From NCBI GenBank assembly GCA_965222155.1, contig CBDCTH010000002.1:1-21786 (forward strand): DNA of 21,786 bases. Direction: 5' to 3'. The notes beneath the pieces were generated by a model that was given only the letters and a program-made list of their open reading frames with translations, made no database searches and had not been told where the DNA came from. Positions 1 to 9,713 of this stretch are shown in pieces (positions within the stretch are counted from its first letter, which is position 1; every line of letters starts with the position of its first letter). Source of the DNA: Gammaproteobacteria bacterium (GTDB lineage Bacteria > Pseudomonadota > Gammaproteobacteria > Eutrophobiales > Eutrophobiaceae). A program made the position numbers and the translations under genes.

Positions 1-1285
1 GTCAGGTTTGGCTATGAACAATAACAACATAACCGATGTGGATAGGTTATTCTTTAGAAGAACCACCGGTTCGGTTGATCCGTACTTGGAGGCAGTCGGC
101 GGTGAAATATTTGCATACATCTACGGCGTAAAAAAGAGCATAACCGGCGGAAGTGGGAGTGGAACCTCAAGCTGGATCGGTTTAGCAGCGTCAGACTTGA
201 GTATGAATAACAACGACATAGACGACGTGGGCAAGTTATATTTTCAAAAAAGCAACTATTCCAGTGATATTGTCGATTATGATCAGTATTTGGAGGGGGA
301 CTATGAGGGCTTAAATTACAAGGCGCGCAGGCATGATTTTTACGCCGCAGGTCTTAGAGGGTTTTCCGTGTCCGCTAAAGTTGTAAGATGTAGCAAGTTG
401 CTACAAATAAAAGGACCCAAAGCAACCCGCACATTTGACGGCGACATGTGGTTAAGCAACACAAACGTGTACGTGCGTAGCGGAGGCGCGACCTACAATC
501 TGTCAGATATCGGGAGCGGGAGCGGGAGCGGGAGCGGGGGCGGAAGCGGGAGCTCGTCTTGGGTCAGTTCGGCAACGTCAAATCTGGACATGAATAATAA
601 CGACATAGACGATGTTGACAGACTATACTTTAAACGAACCAGTGGATCACTCGATCCGTACCTGACGGCAGTAGGATCTGCGATATTTGCGTATATCGGC
701 GGCGTGAAAACGGCCATAACCGGGGGCGGAAGCGGGAGCTCGTCTTGGGTCAGTTCGGCAACGTCAGATCTGGACATGAATGATAACGACATAGACGACG
801 TGGATAAGTTATACTTTAGAAAAACCATCACCGGTTCGAGTGATCCATATTTGACGGCAATCGGAGATGAAATATTTGCGTATATCGGCGGCGTGAGAAA
901 GAGCATAATTAATGATGATGGTGGCGGAAGCGGGAGCTCGTCTTGGGTAGCGACGGCAACGTCAGACTTGGATATGGACAATCATAACATAGACAACGTG
1001 GACAGGTTATATTTTCAAAAAAGCGGCGCTGTTGGCGGAACAGCACAAACTCAATATTTGGAGGGGCATAATACTGGCTTGCATTACACGGCACTCACAC
1101 ATGAATTTTACATCAGCAGTAGCCGCATATTTAGCATATACGATGATGAAATATACTGTCGCAAGCCGCTACACATGGCCGCATCAGAAAAATCAGGCGG
1201 TGCGGATAACGGTGACATATGGATAGACGGCAGAGATGTGATGATACGCAGCGGCAACAAAGACGTGAATATAACTAACTTGTGA
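1..1285 (+). CDS. Repetitive tail fibre/adhesin-like protein, 5' truncated (frame open from position 2)
   Basis: Five repeats starting (S)xLxMNNNDIDDVDxLYF separated by GSGS linkers. The frame is open upstream of the called start (SGLAMNNNNI matches the repeat SDLSMNNNDI), so the gene begins before the window. Confidence 0.7.
   Translation, partial: SGLAMNNNNITDVDRLFFRRTTGSVDPYLEAVGGEIFAYIYGVKKSITGGSGSGTSSWIGLAASDLSMNNNDIDDVGKLYFQKSNYSSDIVDYDQYLEGDYEGLNYKARRHDFYAAGLRGFSVSAKVVRCSKLLQIKGPKATRTFDGDMWLSNTNVYVRSGGATYNLSDIGSGSGSGSGGGSGSSSWVSSATSNLDMNNNDIDDVDRLYFKRTSGSLDPYLTAVGSAIFAYIGGVKTAITGGGSGSSSWVSSATSDLDMNDNDIDDVDKLYFRKTITGSSDPYLTAIGDEIFAYIGGVRKSIINDDGGGSGSSSWVATATSDLDMDNHNIDNVDRLYFQKSGAVGGTAQTQYLEGHNTGLHYTALTHEFYISSSRIFSIYDDEIYCRKPLHMAASEKSGGADNGDIWIDGRDVMIRSGNKDVNITNL
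511..1020 (+). repeat. Intragenic direct repeats (GGCGGAAGCGGGAGCTCGTCTTGGGT...GGCAACGTCA at ~539, ~725, ~923) and a (CGGGAG)n hexamer run at 511-537
   Basis: Near-identical DNA blocks visible directly; they encode GGSGSSSWV.ATS.LDM. Confidence 0.85.
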
Positions 1286-1592
1286 CCTTTTTCTTCTTCT
1301 TCTTTAGCTTTGCAAGTTCCAAAGCGGTTCGTTTTATCGTGTTTTCGTATGATTCGATTATGATGTCTATCGAGCTGTTTTGCAGGGCCAGGTACGAGCC
1401 GCGAATGACGTTAAGCTGCGTCTTGTACTCGGCCGGCATCTCTCCTATGACGCTGTCCCCGAACATCCGTGCGAGCAAGTCATTATACTCTGATGTAATG
1501 GAGTCGTACATCTGGTTTACCGCTGCAAAGTACGCGCCCTTTTTGTCGCTGATCGAAGTGAGCCCGTCCGGGAGCCTGCCTTCCGAAGTCAT
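1275..1592 (-). CDS. Hypothetical helical protein with Lys-rich C-terminus
   Basis: 105-aa ORF coupled to 1589..1825 by an ATGA overlap; converges on the fibre gene. Confidence 0.65.
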   Translation of the reverse strand: MTSEGRLPDGLTSISDKKGAYFAAVNQMYDSITSEYNDLLARMFGDSVIGEMPAEYKTQLNVIRGSYLALQNSSIDIIIESYENTIKRTALELAKLKKKKKKVTS

Positions 1593-1825
1593 GCCGTCAG
1601 TAGTTTTGATGCCCGGGCAGTCACCGCGTTGTAAATCTCCAGTCGGCGTTCGTCGGTCATTATCGCGCCGGTGTCACGGTCAATAACCACGTCGTTTACG
1701 CTGTCCATGTGGATCGAAGACAGCGTGCTCAGGCAGTTAGAGTATGCGTCCTCGTCCCGGCGGCATTTCTCCAAAGCGGCGATAAGAGCGTCTATGTGTT
1801 CTTGTATGGTCTCTTCAATTATCAT
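1589..1825 (-). CDS. Hypothetical protein
   Basis: 78-aa ORF in a co-directional run with an ATGA overlap. Confidence 0.65.
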   Translation of the reverse strand: MIIEETIQEHIDALIAALEKCRRDEDAYSNCLSTLSSIHMDSVNDVVIDRDTGAIMTDERRLEIYNAVTARASKLLTA

Positions 1826-1846
1826 ATCTAGTCTTACGTTATGATA

Positions 1847-2500
1847 CTATATATTTGTGGTGCCAAATTCAGGCGGCAGATCAAGTGTCGTAGTTACCCC
1901 CGATTTTTCACAGTTATAGCATCGGCCGCCGGCCGCCAAGATCCGCTTGATCCTCTCACCGTATAGCAGCATGTGGCAGATATGGCACCTGACAAAAGGG
2001 GAACATTGGAATTTTACGTGGCAGTCGAGACAGCATGCCAAGCCGTCGGCCACGGCTTCGGTCTTCCATGATTTGCATTTGCACCTCCATCCTGTCCAGC
2101 CCATGTATATCGCCGTGTCACGGTTTGTGGGGTTACAGCAATATGGTTGCGGCAATTTGCCCCGGAGCAGCCTGTGGACGTATACGGACCGTATCCACCT
2201 CTTATGCTTGCTCATTGTGGCCAATTTGTATTTTTGGAACAGGATTCCCACCTTTAGGAACGACTCCATGGTAAGCCACATCTCGGTCAAAACCAGGTAA
2301 AAACGCGTCGGATTCTTGATGTGCATGTTATATGTTTCATAAACCGTTTCCACTATGACCTGTATGTCATGTGACATGGCCTTTACGAGCTTGGGATCGA
2401 CGTTCTCATAATCTGCGGAGGTCATTCGCAGATTGTGGATGATCATTTTCAGTATTTTTGACATCATTATCAAGTCGTTTACCAGGGATTCGTTAGGCAT
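1847..2500 (-). CDS. Hypothetical protein with C-terminal multi-CxxC zinc-ribbon region
   Basis: 217 aa; CKC, CLDC, CHIC and CYNC motifs. Confidence 0.7.
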   Translation of the reverse strand: MPNESLVNDLIMMSKILKMIIHNLRMTSADYENVDPKLVKAMSHDIQVIVETVYETYNMHIKNPTRFYLVLTEMWLTMESFLKVGILFQKYKLATMSKHKRWIRSVYVHRLLRGKLPQPYCCNPTNRDTAIYMGWTGWRCKCKSWKTEAVADGLACCLDCHVKFQCSPFVRCHICHMLLYGERIKRILAAGGRCYNCEKSGVTTTLDLPPEFGTTNI

Positions 2501-2557
2501 GGATATTATTGGTGATCCGGGGGTATTTATGTTGAGATCATGCGTATATGTTGCCTA

Positions 2558-2800
2558 TTACATGCGTGCTCCTATCTCACGCATCCATGCTTCCCATTTG
2601 CTCCGGCGCATCGCTATCGTGTCATGACCCAAATAATACAAATACTTCGATGGCGAGTTGTTATATACTTCAATACATCTGCTGCATAACCACGGCATGC
2701 GAGTGACAAAGTAATCAGGCGGCTGGAAGAGTCGTTTGTTGGTTGTATGGCATATATCGCATGTACCACGGCGACCAACGGCAATAAGATCGGACTTCAT
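2558..2800 (-). CDS. Small zinc-finger protein (GTCDIC...WLCSRC)
   Basis: The ATG at 2800 overlaps the TGA of the upstream ORF 2797..2946 and is preferred over the longer track call starting at 2896. Confidence 0.65.
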   Translation of the reverse strand: MKSDLIAVGRRGTCDICHTTNKRLFQPPDYFVTRMPWLCSRCIEVYNNSPSKYLYYLGHDTIAMRRSKWEAWMREIGARM

Positions 2801-2946
2801 GCCGCTACCCGATAAAGCCTGTCTACGGCTTTGGCGAAATCGTTGACGCGTGAGGCGTACTGAGAGATTAGATTGCCGGCGTCGTTTGCGTCGCAATCGT
2901 CGCAGTTCAGGCGGCCACAGTGCTGGCAGGCAGTTGTCTCTTTCAT
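2797..2946 (-). CDS. 49-aa CxxC microprotein (MKETTACQHCGRLNCDDCDANDAG...)
   Basis: Translated by hand (below the track cutoff). A TATA-like sequence lies at ~2966-2975 on the minus strand, and there is an ATGA overlap with the next gene. Confidence 0.6.
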   Translation of the reverse strand: MKETTACQHCGRLNCDDCDANDAGNLISQYASRVNDFAKAVDRLYRVAA

Positions 2947-3041
2947 AGTATAATAAAGTAGCACTAATATATAAGTATGAGTATTATATTTTAGGCATTA
3001 GCAATACCAAGTTATATATGTAACAAGGAGCATAAGAAAAC

Positions 3042-3233
3042 ATGGACAGATACAGATATCTCAAGCCGAGTTGCTCGGGCAAACGCCACCAATGGGTTCC
3101 GCTTCCCGGACCAAGTGGTGGCAGCGGAGCGGAGATGTACTACTGCCGCCATCGATGCCGCGTGTGTGGACACGTGAGACGCACGTATGACGACACGAAC
3201 GGCACATGCATTGTCGACTATTTGAGACAATAG
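3042..3233 (+). CDS. Small Cys/His zinc-binding protein (C-x4-H-x-W...CxxCG)
   Basis: 63 aa; TTATATAT at 3012-3019 upstream; followed by a T-run at 3246-3252. Confidence 0.6.
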   Translation: MDRYRYLKPSCSGKRHQWVPLPGPSGGSGAEMYYCRHRCRVCGHVRRTYDDTNGTCIVDYLRQ

Positions 3234-3251
3234 CCGCCATCCCCCTTTTTT

Positions 3252-3437
3252 TCATTTCCGTTCCAAAATTTGGACCGTACTCTGGGTTTTTCGCAATGCC
3301 ATCCTTTTACCATACCAGGTTATATGATATAATTTTCCAATTACCATCAGTTTGGATTTATAGATCAGATACTCTTGGTTGTTAGAATATTCGACATGCA
3401 CCGGAGATTTAGACACTAGGTATCCCGCCTTGGCCAT
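3252..3437 (-). CDS. Hypothetical small basic protein
   Basis: 61-aa ORF with protein-like composition. Confidence 0.55.
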   Translation of the reverse strand: MAKAGYLVSKSPVHVEYSNNQEYLIYKSKLMVIGKLYHITWYGKRMALRKTQSTVQILERK

Positions 3438-3528
3438 ATCGTCTGTCGTTCACGGTATATGCTGGATGATCTTTACATATAAATTTGACAAACCAATACT
3501 TTTATGGTAGTGTTGTCTTGCCGTATAC

Positions 3529-3771
3529 ATGAACGACGGTCGCGGGCGATATTATGACGCGCTAGCCAACAAAAGCACGCAAGATCTGGAAGAATGGATC
3601 GCATACGTGGCAGTCCATCCCGTCAGGGTACACGGCTTTGCGGCATGCGCCATTTGCCAAAAAGAGACGCATTACGACAAGATAACCACGTTTGATTACA
3701 CACGGTCACCGCCTATAGGCATAGTGTGTGATGATTGCAGAAACGACATACGAAGGGGCGATCCGCAATGA
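3529..3771 (+). CDS. Small zinc-finger protein (CAIC...CDDC)
   Basis: 80 aa; ATGA overlap with the next gene. Confidence 0.6.
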   Translation: MNDGRGRYYDALANKSTQDLEEWIAYVAVHPVRVHGFAACAICQKETHYDKITTFDYTRSPPIGIVCDDCRNDIRRGDPQ

Positions 3772-4304
3772 GCGGGAGCGCGAACAGGATACAATCCGGT
3801 GCGAGGGCGGCCCAGTCCCGCGTCAAGCAGGGAAGATGTCGCGTCACGGGGACAGTCACCACACAGGTGTATGACAAGTATGGCAAGCTAAGGTTTACGA
3901 GTCAAACGGAGAATCTGCTGACAAACGCCGGAAAAGAGTACATGTTCAACGTCCTCTTTGAGCGGGGGGCACTCCCGGTTACGATGTCACAATTCAAGTA
4001 TCTCGGCCTGGGCAACGCCGCCCTTGGCGGGCTGGACGTCACCGATACAGCGCTAGAAACGGAGATCACTGGAAGCGGCTTGGGCAGGGCAATAGCCACA
4101 TCAGGGGATAACTCGTCAGGCGATGCCTCAATCAGTCTGGCAAAGGAGTTCACCGCGACCGCAGACGTGGCAAATATCGGGCAGACGGGACTATACAACG
4201 CCGCATCGGCGGGCATACTAGGACACGTAGACGACTTTGACGCGACGTTCTCACTCAAGAACAAGGAAAAAGTAAAGATAACGTGGGAAATAACGATAAG
4301 CTAA
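3768..4304 (+). CDS. Virion structural protein (tail/baseplate-associated, NLLTNAG...LGLG...DTALETE type)
   Basis: The ATG at 3768 overlaps the upstream TGA. The motif pattern is typical of phage tail-collar/minor tail proteins, and the gene precedes a large adhesin-like gene. Confidence 0.6.
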   Translation: MSGSANRIQSGARAAQSRVKQGRCRVTGTVTTQVYDKYGKLRFTSQTENLLTNAGKEYMFNVLFERGALPVTMSQFKYLGLGNAALGGLDVTDTALETEITGSGLGRAIATSGDNSSGDASISLAKEFTATADVANIGQTGLYNAASAGILGHVDDFDATFSLKNKEKVKITWEITIS

Positions 4305-4305
4305 G

Positions 4306-7300
4306 ATGCCGCTTGATGGAACCGTACAGCTTCCCGGTATAATCGGATCCCCGCATGCAGCGACACATATACGCAATTTCCTGATAACGCTTGATGACGC
4401 GGACAAGAAAATATACAAGAGTGACGCAAGGTACGTGGTATCAGGCTCCATATCATATCCTAATACGATAACGCTCCCGGCTGGAATTGCGGGGCGGCAT
4501 CCCAACACGTATGCCGTACTGGATCAGTCGCAGAAGAAGATACTCATATCAGAGGAGACCCCGTTTCGGGCCAATTTTGATGCCGAGGTGACATGCTCGC
4601 CAGACAACGGGCGCCCCTCGGGGCTCGGCACGTTCGGATATTATGACATCTGGGCACACGGATTTTCTGCGGTAAAGTCAGTCGCCATGGGAAAAAACTA
4701 CATTGCCATAAACGGGACGCTGAACGGGACACAAAGGTGCTACGTGAGACATCTGGACGGCACCGCATACAAGGACTTTGCCATCGATTCACGGCACGTG
4801 ATAGCGTTTGGGTATGGCACGGACGTGCTGTACGCGTACGGCCCCATAACCACGAGTGTTGATCCGCCGCCGCAACAGTTGCGACGGGGCGACGTAACCC
4901 GGAATCCTGTATTGACGCAAAGATGGCAAGACGCTAGGGCCCCCCAAAACGTGATAGGAATGGCCGCCGATGCCTACGTGACGCTCCTGACGGACACCAC
5001 GATATACTCGTATAGCACTAGCAGGTATATATCGTTCCAGTCGCTGGCACACGGCATATCCGGCGCGCGTGACGTGTGCCATTTGGGGAACGCGACGCTG
5101 GGCATTTTGGGCGCCGAGATGAGGATAGTGACCGCAAACGCCCACCTGCTGACCATATCTGATGATATCATAAAAGTGCCGTCGGGAACGCTGCACGTGG
5201 CGGGGGACTCGGGATACCTCACGTATGACGGTACGAATATCAGGATGTTCCGGTTGAGGAAAGGTTTTTCGTCATTCTCAGGTATAACCGGATCCCGGGC
5301 GGCAATATACAAGGGCCGCATCATATACATGTCCGGCTCAGACCTGATGGAGATGTCAGCTGACGGCTTAACGTCTGCCAAGGTGATGACGCTGTCTGGA
5401 TCAAAGGCTATAGCCGTATCCGGCAACACACTATACCAAGAGGACATGTCGACCCCCAGGATATACCGGTATAACTTGGTGACGAAGGCCAAAATGACGG
5501 ATATCACGGTAGTGGGTTTGGGATATAATTTCCCGATACAGGACTTGTTGGTCACCTCAAACGGCACGATATACTATCGCAGTGGAGCCGAGATAGATCG
5601 CAAAAGACCCTCCGACCTGTACTTTAAAAGTTATCACACATTGGCGGCAGCGGTTCCGATATTTCTGGTCGGCGACTCGATATACAAGTATGCGGACTCG
5701 GGCATGTCGGGGTACAACAGCTCCCGCATATGGCACAAGACTGGAACGACGGGGGTAACGAAAGTACTATACACAAACAATCACGTATACGTGGCAAAGT
5801 CGACGGGATGGGAGCGGCAGTCCAATCCCGGGATGTTATGGGTATGGCCGGGAGTGGACTCTTGGGTTGCCGGCGATAAATCGACATCTCATGTCTTCTT
5901 TTATTCCACCGTAATCAGGAATATCAGGATAGGCGCGCAAGCCGACAGGTTGGACGTGGCGGGGCATCACCTGTACGTCCTGTCAGGAAATACCATATCG
6001 GCATATGACTTGCGCGACATGCAGGCGGCTACATCACTTGCCATCGACATCACTTCCCCAGAGTACGTGATCACGTTGGCCGCAGGCAACACGGCACCTG
6101 TGAGCGTAGCGTCCGGCCCGGGAACCATAGATGTCATCGACGGGGCAACCGACACAGCATATCGCTACACGCGGACGCTGCTGACACCGGAGCTGGTCAG
6201 GGGGTCGGTGACGGTCTCGGGCGCGACGCGGACAGCCACGGACCGATATATCCGGGATTCCATATTGTTCAAAAAGGCGCCGTACCACACCAGGTCACGA
6301 AAACTGTCCCAGATCAAAAAGGCGGCCGGCGTGACCAAACATGGGCAGTCATATTATGCCGTGGACTCGCAGACTGACATGATATACGAGTATGACGACA
6401 CGCTGACATACCGGAGTAATCACGCGCTAGCCAGCGGCAACGCCAATCCTACAGGTATCGTATACCATAACGGGCGGTTATACGTCTCGAACGTGACGGG
6501 GGCGACATACACAATACACGAGTATGATCCGGTGTCGTACCTGAGGACGGCGACATATACCGTACCCACGGCCGAGCCGATACGGGGGCTGTCGTCTCGC
6601 GGGGACTGGCTCGTCATGCTTACGGATACGGCAATATACGAGTATGACTTGTCGATCCTGCGAAAGGTCTGCGACGTCTCGGTTATAGGGCGGGCCATAC
6701 ATTACCAATACGGGCTGTACTTTGTGTTATTGCAGGCGCGTGTGATGGCCGTCGAGCCCCGGGGAGCCGTGCGGGCATCAATGGGATTCGGGCTGGTGAC
6801 AACAAAATCATACGCGATGACGGGGGACGACACAGCGATATATGTTCTGGACAGAAATGATATGATGTACAAGTACGAGTATGGCTCGGGGGACGACGCG
6901 TCTTACGATTTGCGAAAAGTCGCGTCTGATGTCATCGGTATGATAGGCAGGACGCAAAACAGTGCGGGGAGGTATATCGTCACGAAAATAGGCATGGCCG
7001 CAGATGCCCTACGGGGACTGAACCTCATGCAGACAGGTGTCATAAGCGTGTCCACGCACACCAAAAAGGATCTATCATATATCGTATATGTGGCCACACT
7101 GATTGCAGCCAAGAGTCACTCTTCGTACGGCAAGATTATGGCGGGAGCGATGTCCATAACGGTGGATGTCCTGCGGGACCTAAACCTCATGCGGTCAGAT
7201 GCCATGAGCGTGTCCATATATGTCAAAAAAGATCTGTCATATGTCGTATATGTGGCCACGCTGATTGCGGCCAAGAGTCACTCTTCGTACGGCAAGATTA

Positions 7301-7965
7301 TGGCGGGAGCGATATCCGTGGCAGGCATAACAAGTGACATAAAACACTACGTCAGAACCATACCCGTCTCGGTTGGAGTGGCGGGTCATAACGGCATACG
7401 GTTGAGCCTATACGTGAGTGTCGCGCATGCCATAACCGGCGACATCACGCATGCCAAAACTTTTCTTTTGGACGCGGCGCATGTGATGACTGCCAGGGCA
7501 TCACGCGTCGCCGGATATTCTAGAGTGATCCCGGGCATAATCAACATAACCGGCATGATCAGAAATGAGGGAGAACATGTCATAAAAGCGGCATATGCCA
7601 TATCATCTGCTGTTAGCACCATACGATCCACCATACATATGACGGCAGATGGCATAAGGTTGTCATACGGTGTGGGGCAGTTAAGTTTTCTGGGGCAGGC
7701 CGTTCAGGCGGACTTGGCGATTGGCGTAGACATAAGCAAGGGATTTGCCAAGTATATACGGGAACGGGCGTCCGTGGCTGGCCGCGTCTCGTCTGCCGCA
7801 CAATATGCCCGCAAGATGTTGGAGGACGTACGCATCGTGGCGGGCATGATGCGTACGAATCCCGCGATAGGGGTCTGCGTCATATTTTCACACTCCGCCG
7901 AAGAATGCATAAGCGTCGGCATCACGAAAGAGTCATGCGTAAATACCAGTATAAGAGAAGGATGA
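4306..7965 (+). CDS. Large tail fibre/receptor-binding protein with predicted beta-propeller repeats and a repetitive C-terminal stalk
   Basis: 1219 aa; blade-like motifs (LASGNANPTGIVYHNGRLYV, YYAVDSQTDMIYEYD, LAAGNTAPVSVA...VIDGATDTAYRY); 54-aa internal duplication. Confidence 0.6.
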   Translation: MPLDGTVQLPGIIGSPHAATHIRNFLITLDDADKKIYKSDARYVVSGSISYPNTITLPAGIAGRHPNTYAVLDQSQKKILISEETPFRANFDAEVTCSPDNGRPSGLGTFGYYDIWAHGFSAVKSVAMGKNYIAINGTLNGTQRCYVRHLDGTAYKDFAIDSRHVIAFGYGTDVLYAYGPITTSVDPPPQQLRRGDVTRNPVLTQRWQDARAPQNVIGMAADAYVTLLTDTTIYSYSTSRYISFQSLAHGISGARDVCHLGNATLGILGAEMRIVTANAHLLTISDDIIKVPSGTLHVAGDSGYLTYDGTNIRMFRLRKGFSSFSGITGSRAAIYKGRIIYMSGSDLMEMSADGLTSAKVMTLSGSKAIAVSGNTLYQEDMSTPRIYRYNLVTKAKMTDITVVGLGYNFPIQDLLVTSNGTIYYRSGAEIDRKRPSDLYFKSYHTLAAAVPIFLVGDSIYKYADSGMSGYNSSRIWHKTGTTGVTKVLYTNNHVYVAKSTGWERQSNPGMLWVWPGVDSWVAGDKSTSHVFFYSTVIRNIRIGAQADRLDVAGHHLYVLSGNTISAYDLRDMQAATSLAIDITSPEYVITLAAGNTAPVSVASGPGTIDVIDGATDTAYRYTRTLLTPELVRGSVTVSGATRTATDRYIRDSILFKKAPYHTRSRKLSQIKKAAGVTKHGQSYYAVDSQTDMIYEYDDTLTYRSNHALASGNANPTGIVYHNGRLYVSNVTGATYTIHEYDPVSYLRTATYTVPTAEPIRGLSSRGDWLVMLTDTAIYEYDLSILRKVCDVSVIGRAIHYQYGLYFVLLQARVMAVEPRGAVRASMGFGLVTTKSYAMTGDDTAIYVLDRNDMMYKYEYGSGDDASYDLRKVASDVIGMIGRTQNSAGRYIVTKIGMAADALRGLNLMQTGVISVSTHTKKDLSYIVYVATLIAAKSHSSYGKIMAGAMSITVDVLRDLNLMRSDAMSVSIYVKKDLSYVVYVATLIAAKSHSSYGKIMAGAISVAGITSDIKHYVRTIPVSVGVAGHNGIRLSLYVSVAHAITGDITHAKTFLLDAAHVMTARASRVAGYSRVIPGIINITGMIRNEGEHVIKAAYAISSAVSTIRSTIHMTADGIRLSYGVGQLSFLGQAVQADLAIGVDISKGFAKYIRERASVAGRVSSAAQYARKMLEDVRIVAGMMRTNPAIGVCVIFSHSAEECISVGITKESCVNTSIREG
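7003..7326 (+). repeat. 162-bp tandem duplication inside the large structural gene
   Basis: Copies begin at 7003 and 7165 and share GCCAAGAGTCACTCTTCGTACGGCAAGATTATGGCGGGAGCGAT. Confidence 0.9.
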
Positions 7966-8042
7966 CATGTCAACAAAGTGCAAGGGTCGACGTAATCGTC
8001 GCCTACCTTGGCGTAAATGTCCCGACATAGGGGAAGAATGAC

Positions 8043-8333
8043 ATGGAGTTAGGCGTAAACCCGATCGGCGTGCGACTGGGCATGACGCTCAAGGAGTGCA
8101 ACGTCACCGAGACCATAATAACCGGGTATGCCTCCCAGCACATGATCTTTTACGGCCCAACGGGTCTGAGAATGCAAAAACCCGCGATGTATGACTCCGC
8201 CAAAAAGGAACTATACTATATCACCGCAGACGGTGACCTGACAGACAGGGGAAAATGGGAGTATACCATGAAGTTTACGAAGAACCACCTAACGTTGGAA
8301 GTAGTCACCCGAGTGCTGTTTTATATCGCATAG
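8043..8333 (+). CDS. Small virion protein, Ig-like/BppU-N-like
   Basis: The LYYITADGDLTDRGKWEY motif resembles baseplate upper-protein N-terminal domains; it follows the fibre gene. Confidence 0.5.
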   Translation: MELGVNPIGVRLGMTLKECNVTETIITGYASQHMIFYGPTGLRMQKPAMYDSAKKELYYITADGDLTDRGKWEYTMKFTKNHLTLEVVTRVLFYIA

Positions 8334-8342
8334 GTACGCCCA

Positions 8343-8400
8343 TGCACAGTATGCATACTCTGCATACTCTGCATACTCTGCATACTCTGCATAGTATGCA
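8343..8400. repeat. 9-bp tandem repeat (TGCATACTC x4 plus degenerate flanking copies)
   Basis: TGCA recurs every 9 bp at 8343, 8352, 8361, 8370, 8379, 8388 and 8397. Confidence 0.9.
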
Positions 8401-8420
8401 GTAGATCAGATAGCGGCACT

Positions 8421-8440
8421 CAAAAAGTCTTAATATATGA
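8421..8440 (+). promoter_or_regulatory. Archaeal BRE/TATA-like promoter of the packaging operon
   Basis: AAAAAG followed by TTAATATA, 21-28 nt upstream of the ATG at 8458 (leaderless geometry). Confidence 0.5.
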
Positions 8441-8457
8441 TATTGGTAACATAGGCA

Positions 8458-8868
8458 ATGCGGAGAAAGTCCACGGAATACTCTGAAATCGAAATGGCGA
8501 TAATGACAACCAACTGTCTCGGGATTAGGGGAAGTCAGGCGCTGAGTTGCATCAAGGCGCTAACCAACCAGGAAATAACCGAGGGTACGATGCAAAGGCT
8601 CAGAAAACGGCTGCGAAATAAGGTTGACAGCCAAATATATTCCATCGCCATGAACATGCGCGAATACCACATGCACACGCTGTTTGAGTTGGATCTAATC
8701 AAAAAAGAGATGTGGAAGAATTATGAGTTGGAGACACAGCCGATAAAAAAGACATCAATCCTAAACTCAATCCGTGACATGATCCCGTATATCACGGCAT
8801 ACATAGAAGCGACGCAGCAACTCGTCCAGCAATCCGTCTCGCGTGAACTGGTACGCAAGATGGATTGA
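8458..8868 (+). CDS. terS: Probable terminase small subunit (HTH-like N-terminus, helical body)
   Basis: Lies directly upstream of, and overlaps, the terminase ATPase gene; size and helical character fit. Positional call. Confidence 0.55.
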   Translation: MRRKSTEYSEIEMAIMTTNCLGIRGSQALSCIKALTNQEITEGTMQRLRKRLRNKVDSQIYSIAMNMREYHMHTLFELDLIKKEMWKNYELETQPIKKTSILNSIRDMIPYITAYIEATQQLVQQSVSRELVRKMD

Positions 8869-9713
8869 AAAAGATCATCGCATATCCGTTGATGGCAGAA
8901 TCCAAGCCTGTTCCGCCAGAGACGAGCATGCCTGACGGTTTCTTGGAGTGGAACCAATTTATCGGGATGCCCCTTCACCCGGCCACGTTGCAGCCGGGCA
9001 TGTTTACCAGGGCCCAGACGGAGGTAGCGTCCATGATAGATCCAAAAAAGCCGACGTGGATACACCTCGTAAAGGCCCGCCAATGCGGCTGGACCGAGCT
9101 TTTTTTACGAATCGTGGCGTATAACGGGTTCCACAAGTACAAAAACCGCAAAGTGGGAATAATAGCCGGAACCCGGACAGATACAACCTCGCAGATATTC
9201 GGAAGGCTGGTTGACTTGTTTGACGCAATCCCGGATACGATAGAAGATCAGTCTTCGATGTACCTGCGGCTGCGCACGGGCACTGAATATTACGGGGGGC
9301 CTGCGGCCGTAGAGACGTTTACGGGCTGGACGAAATTTGGGGGCATAATGGCTGACGAGTCCGCAAAATGGAGGTTCACAGACGATCGACCCGTGGTAAA
9401 TTCGCTGTTGCCGCTGGCCCGCAGCAATGCGGCAGACGTGTTCATGCTGTCGACCCCCAACGGGCCGTTTGGCTTTTTTTATGACATAGCGATGCAGACT
9501 TCCCGCACCAATTTTTTGCGCGTATCCTATGACATATGGGCCGGAGGCTCAGAGTTGTACTCCAAAGCACAGATACAGGACATGCTGGATTCCTCAGAAG
9601 AGGATCCGGCGCAAGAATACCTGTGTCAGTTTACCATAGGCCGTGACAGTATCTGGGGCATGCTAAAAGACGAAGACCACACCAATGAGTATAAGGAGGC
9701 CATTTATGCCTGA
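8865..9713 (+). CDS. terL: Terminase large subunit, ATPase domain only
   Basis: Deviant Walker A (KARQCGWT), Walker B (IMADE), coupling motif (STPNG) and QEYLCQF. Confidence 0.85.
   Translation: MKKIIAYPLMAESKPVPPETSMPDGFLEWNQFIGMPLHPATLQPGMFTRAQTEVASMIDPKKPTWIHLVKARQCGWTELFLRIVAYNGFHKYKNRKVGIIAGTRTDTTSQIFGRLVDLFDAIPDTIEDQSSMYLRLRTGTEYYGGPAAVETFTGWTKFGGIMADESAKWRFTDDRPVVNSLLPLARSNAADVFMLSTPNGPFGFFYDIAMQTSRTNFLRVSYDIWAGGSELYSKAQIQDMLDSSEEDPAQEYLCQFTIGRDSIWGMLKDEDHTNEYKEAIYA

Noticed and set aside
7003-7326. Diversity-generating retroelement TR/VR pair
   Set aside because: Differences are not confined to adenines, both copies are in-frame tandem coding sequence, and no reverse transcriptase is visible.
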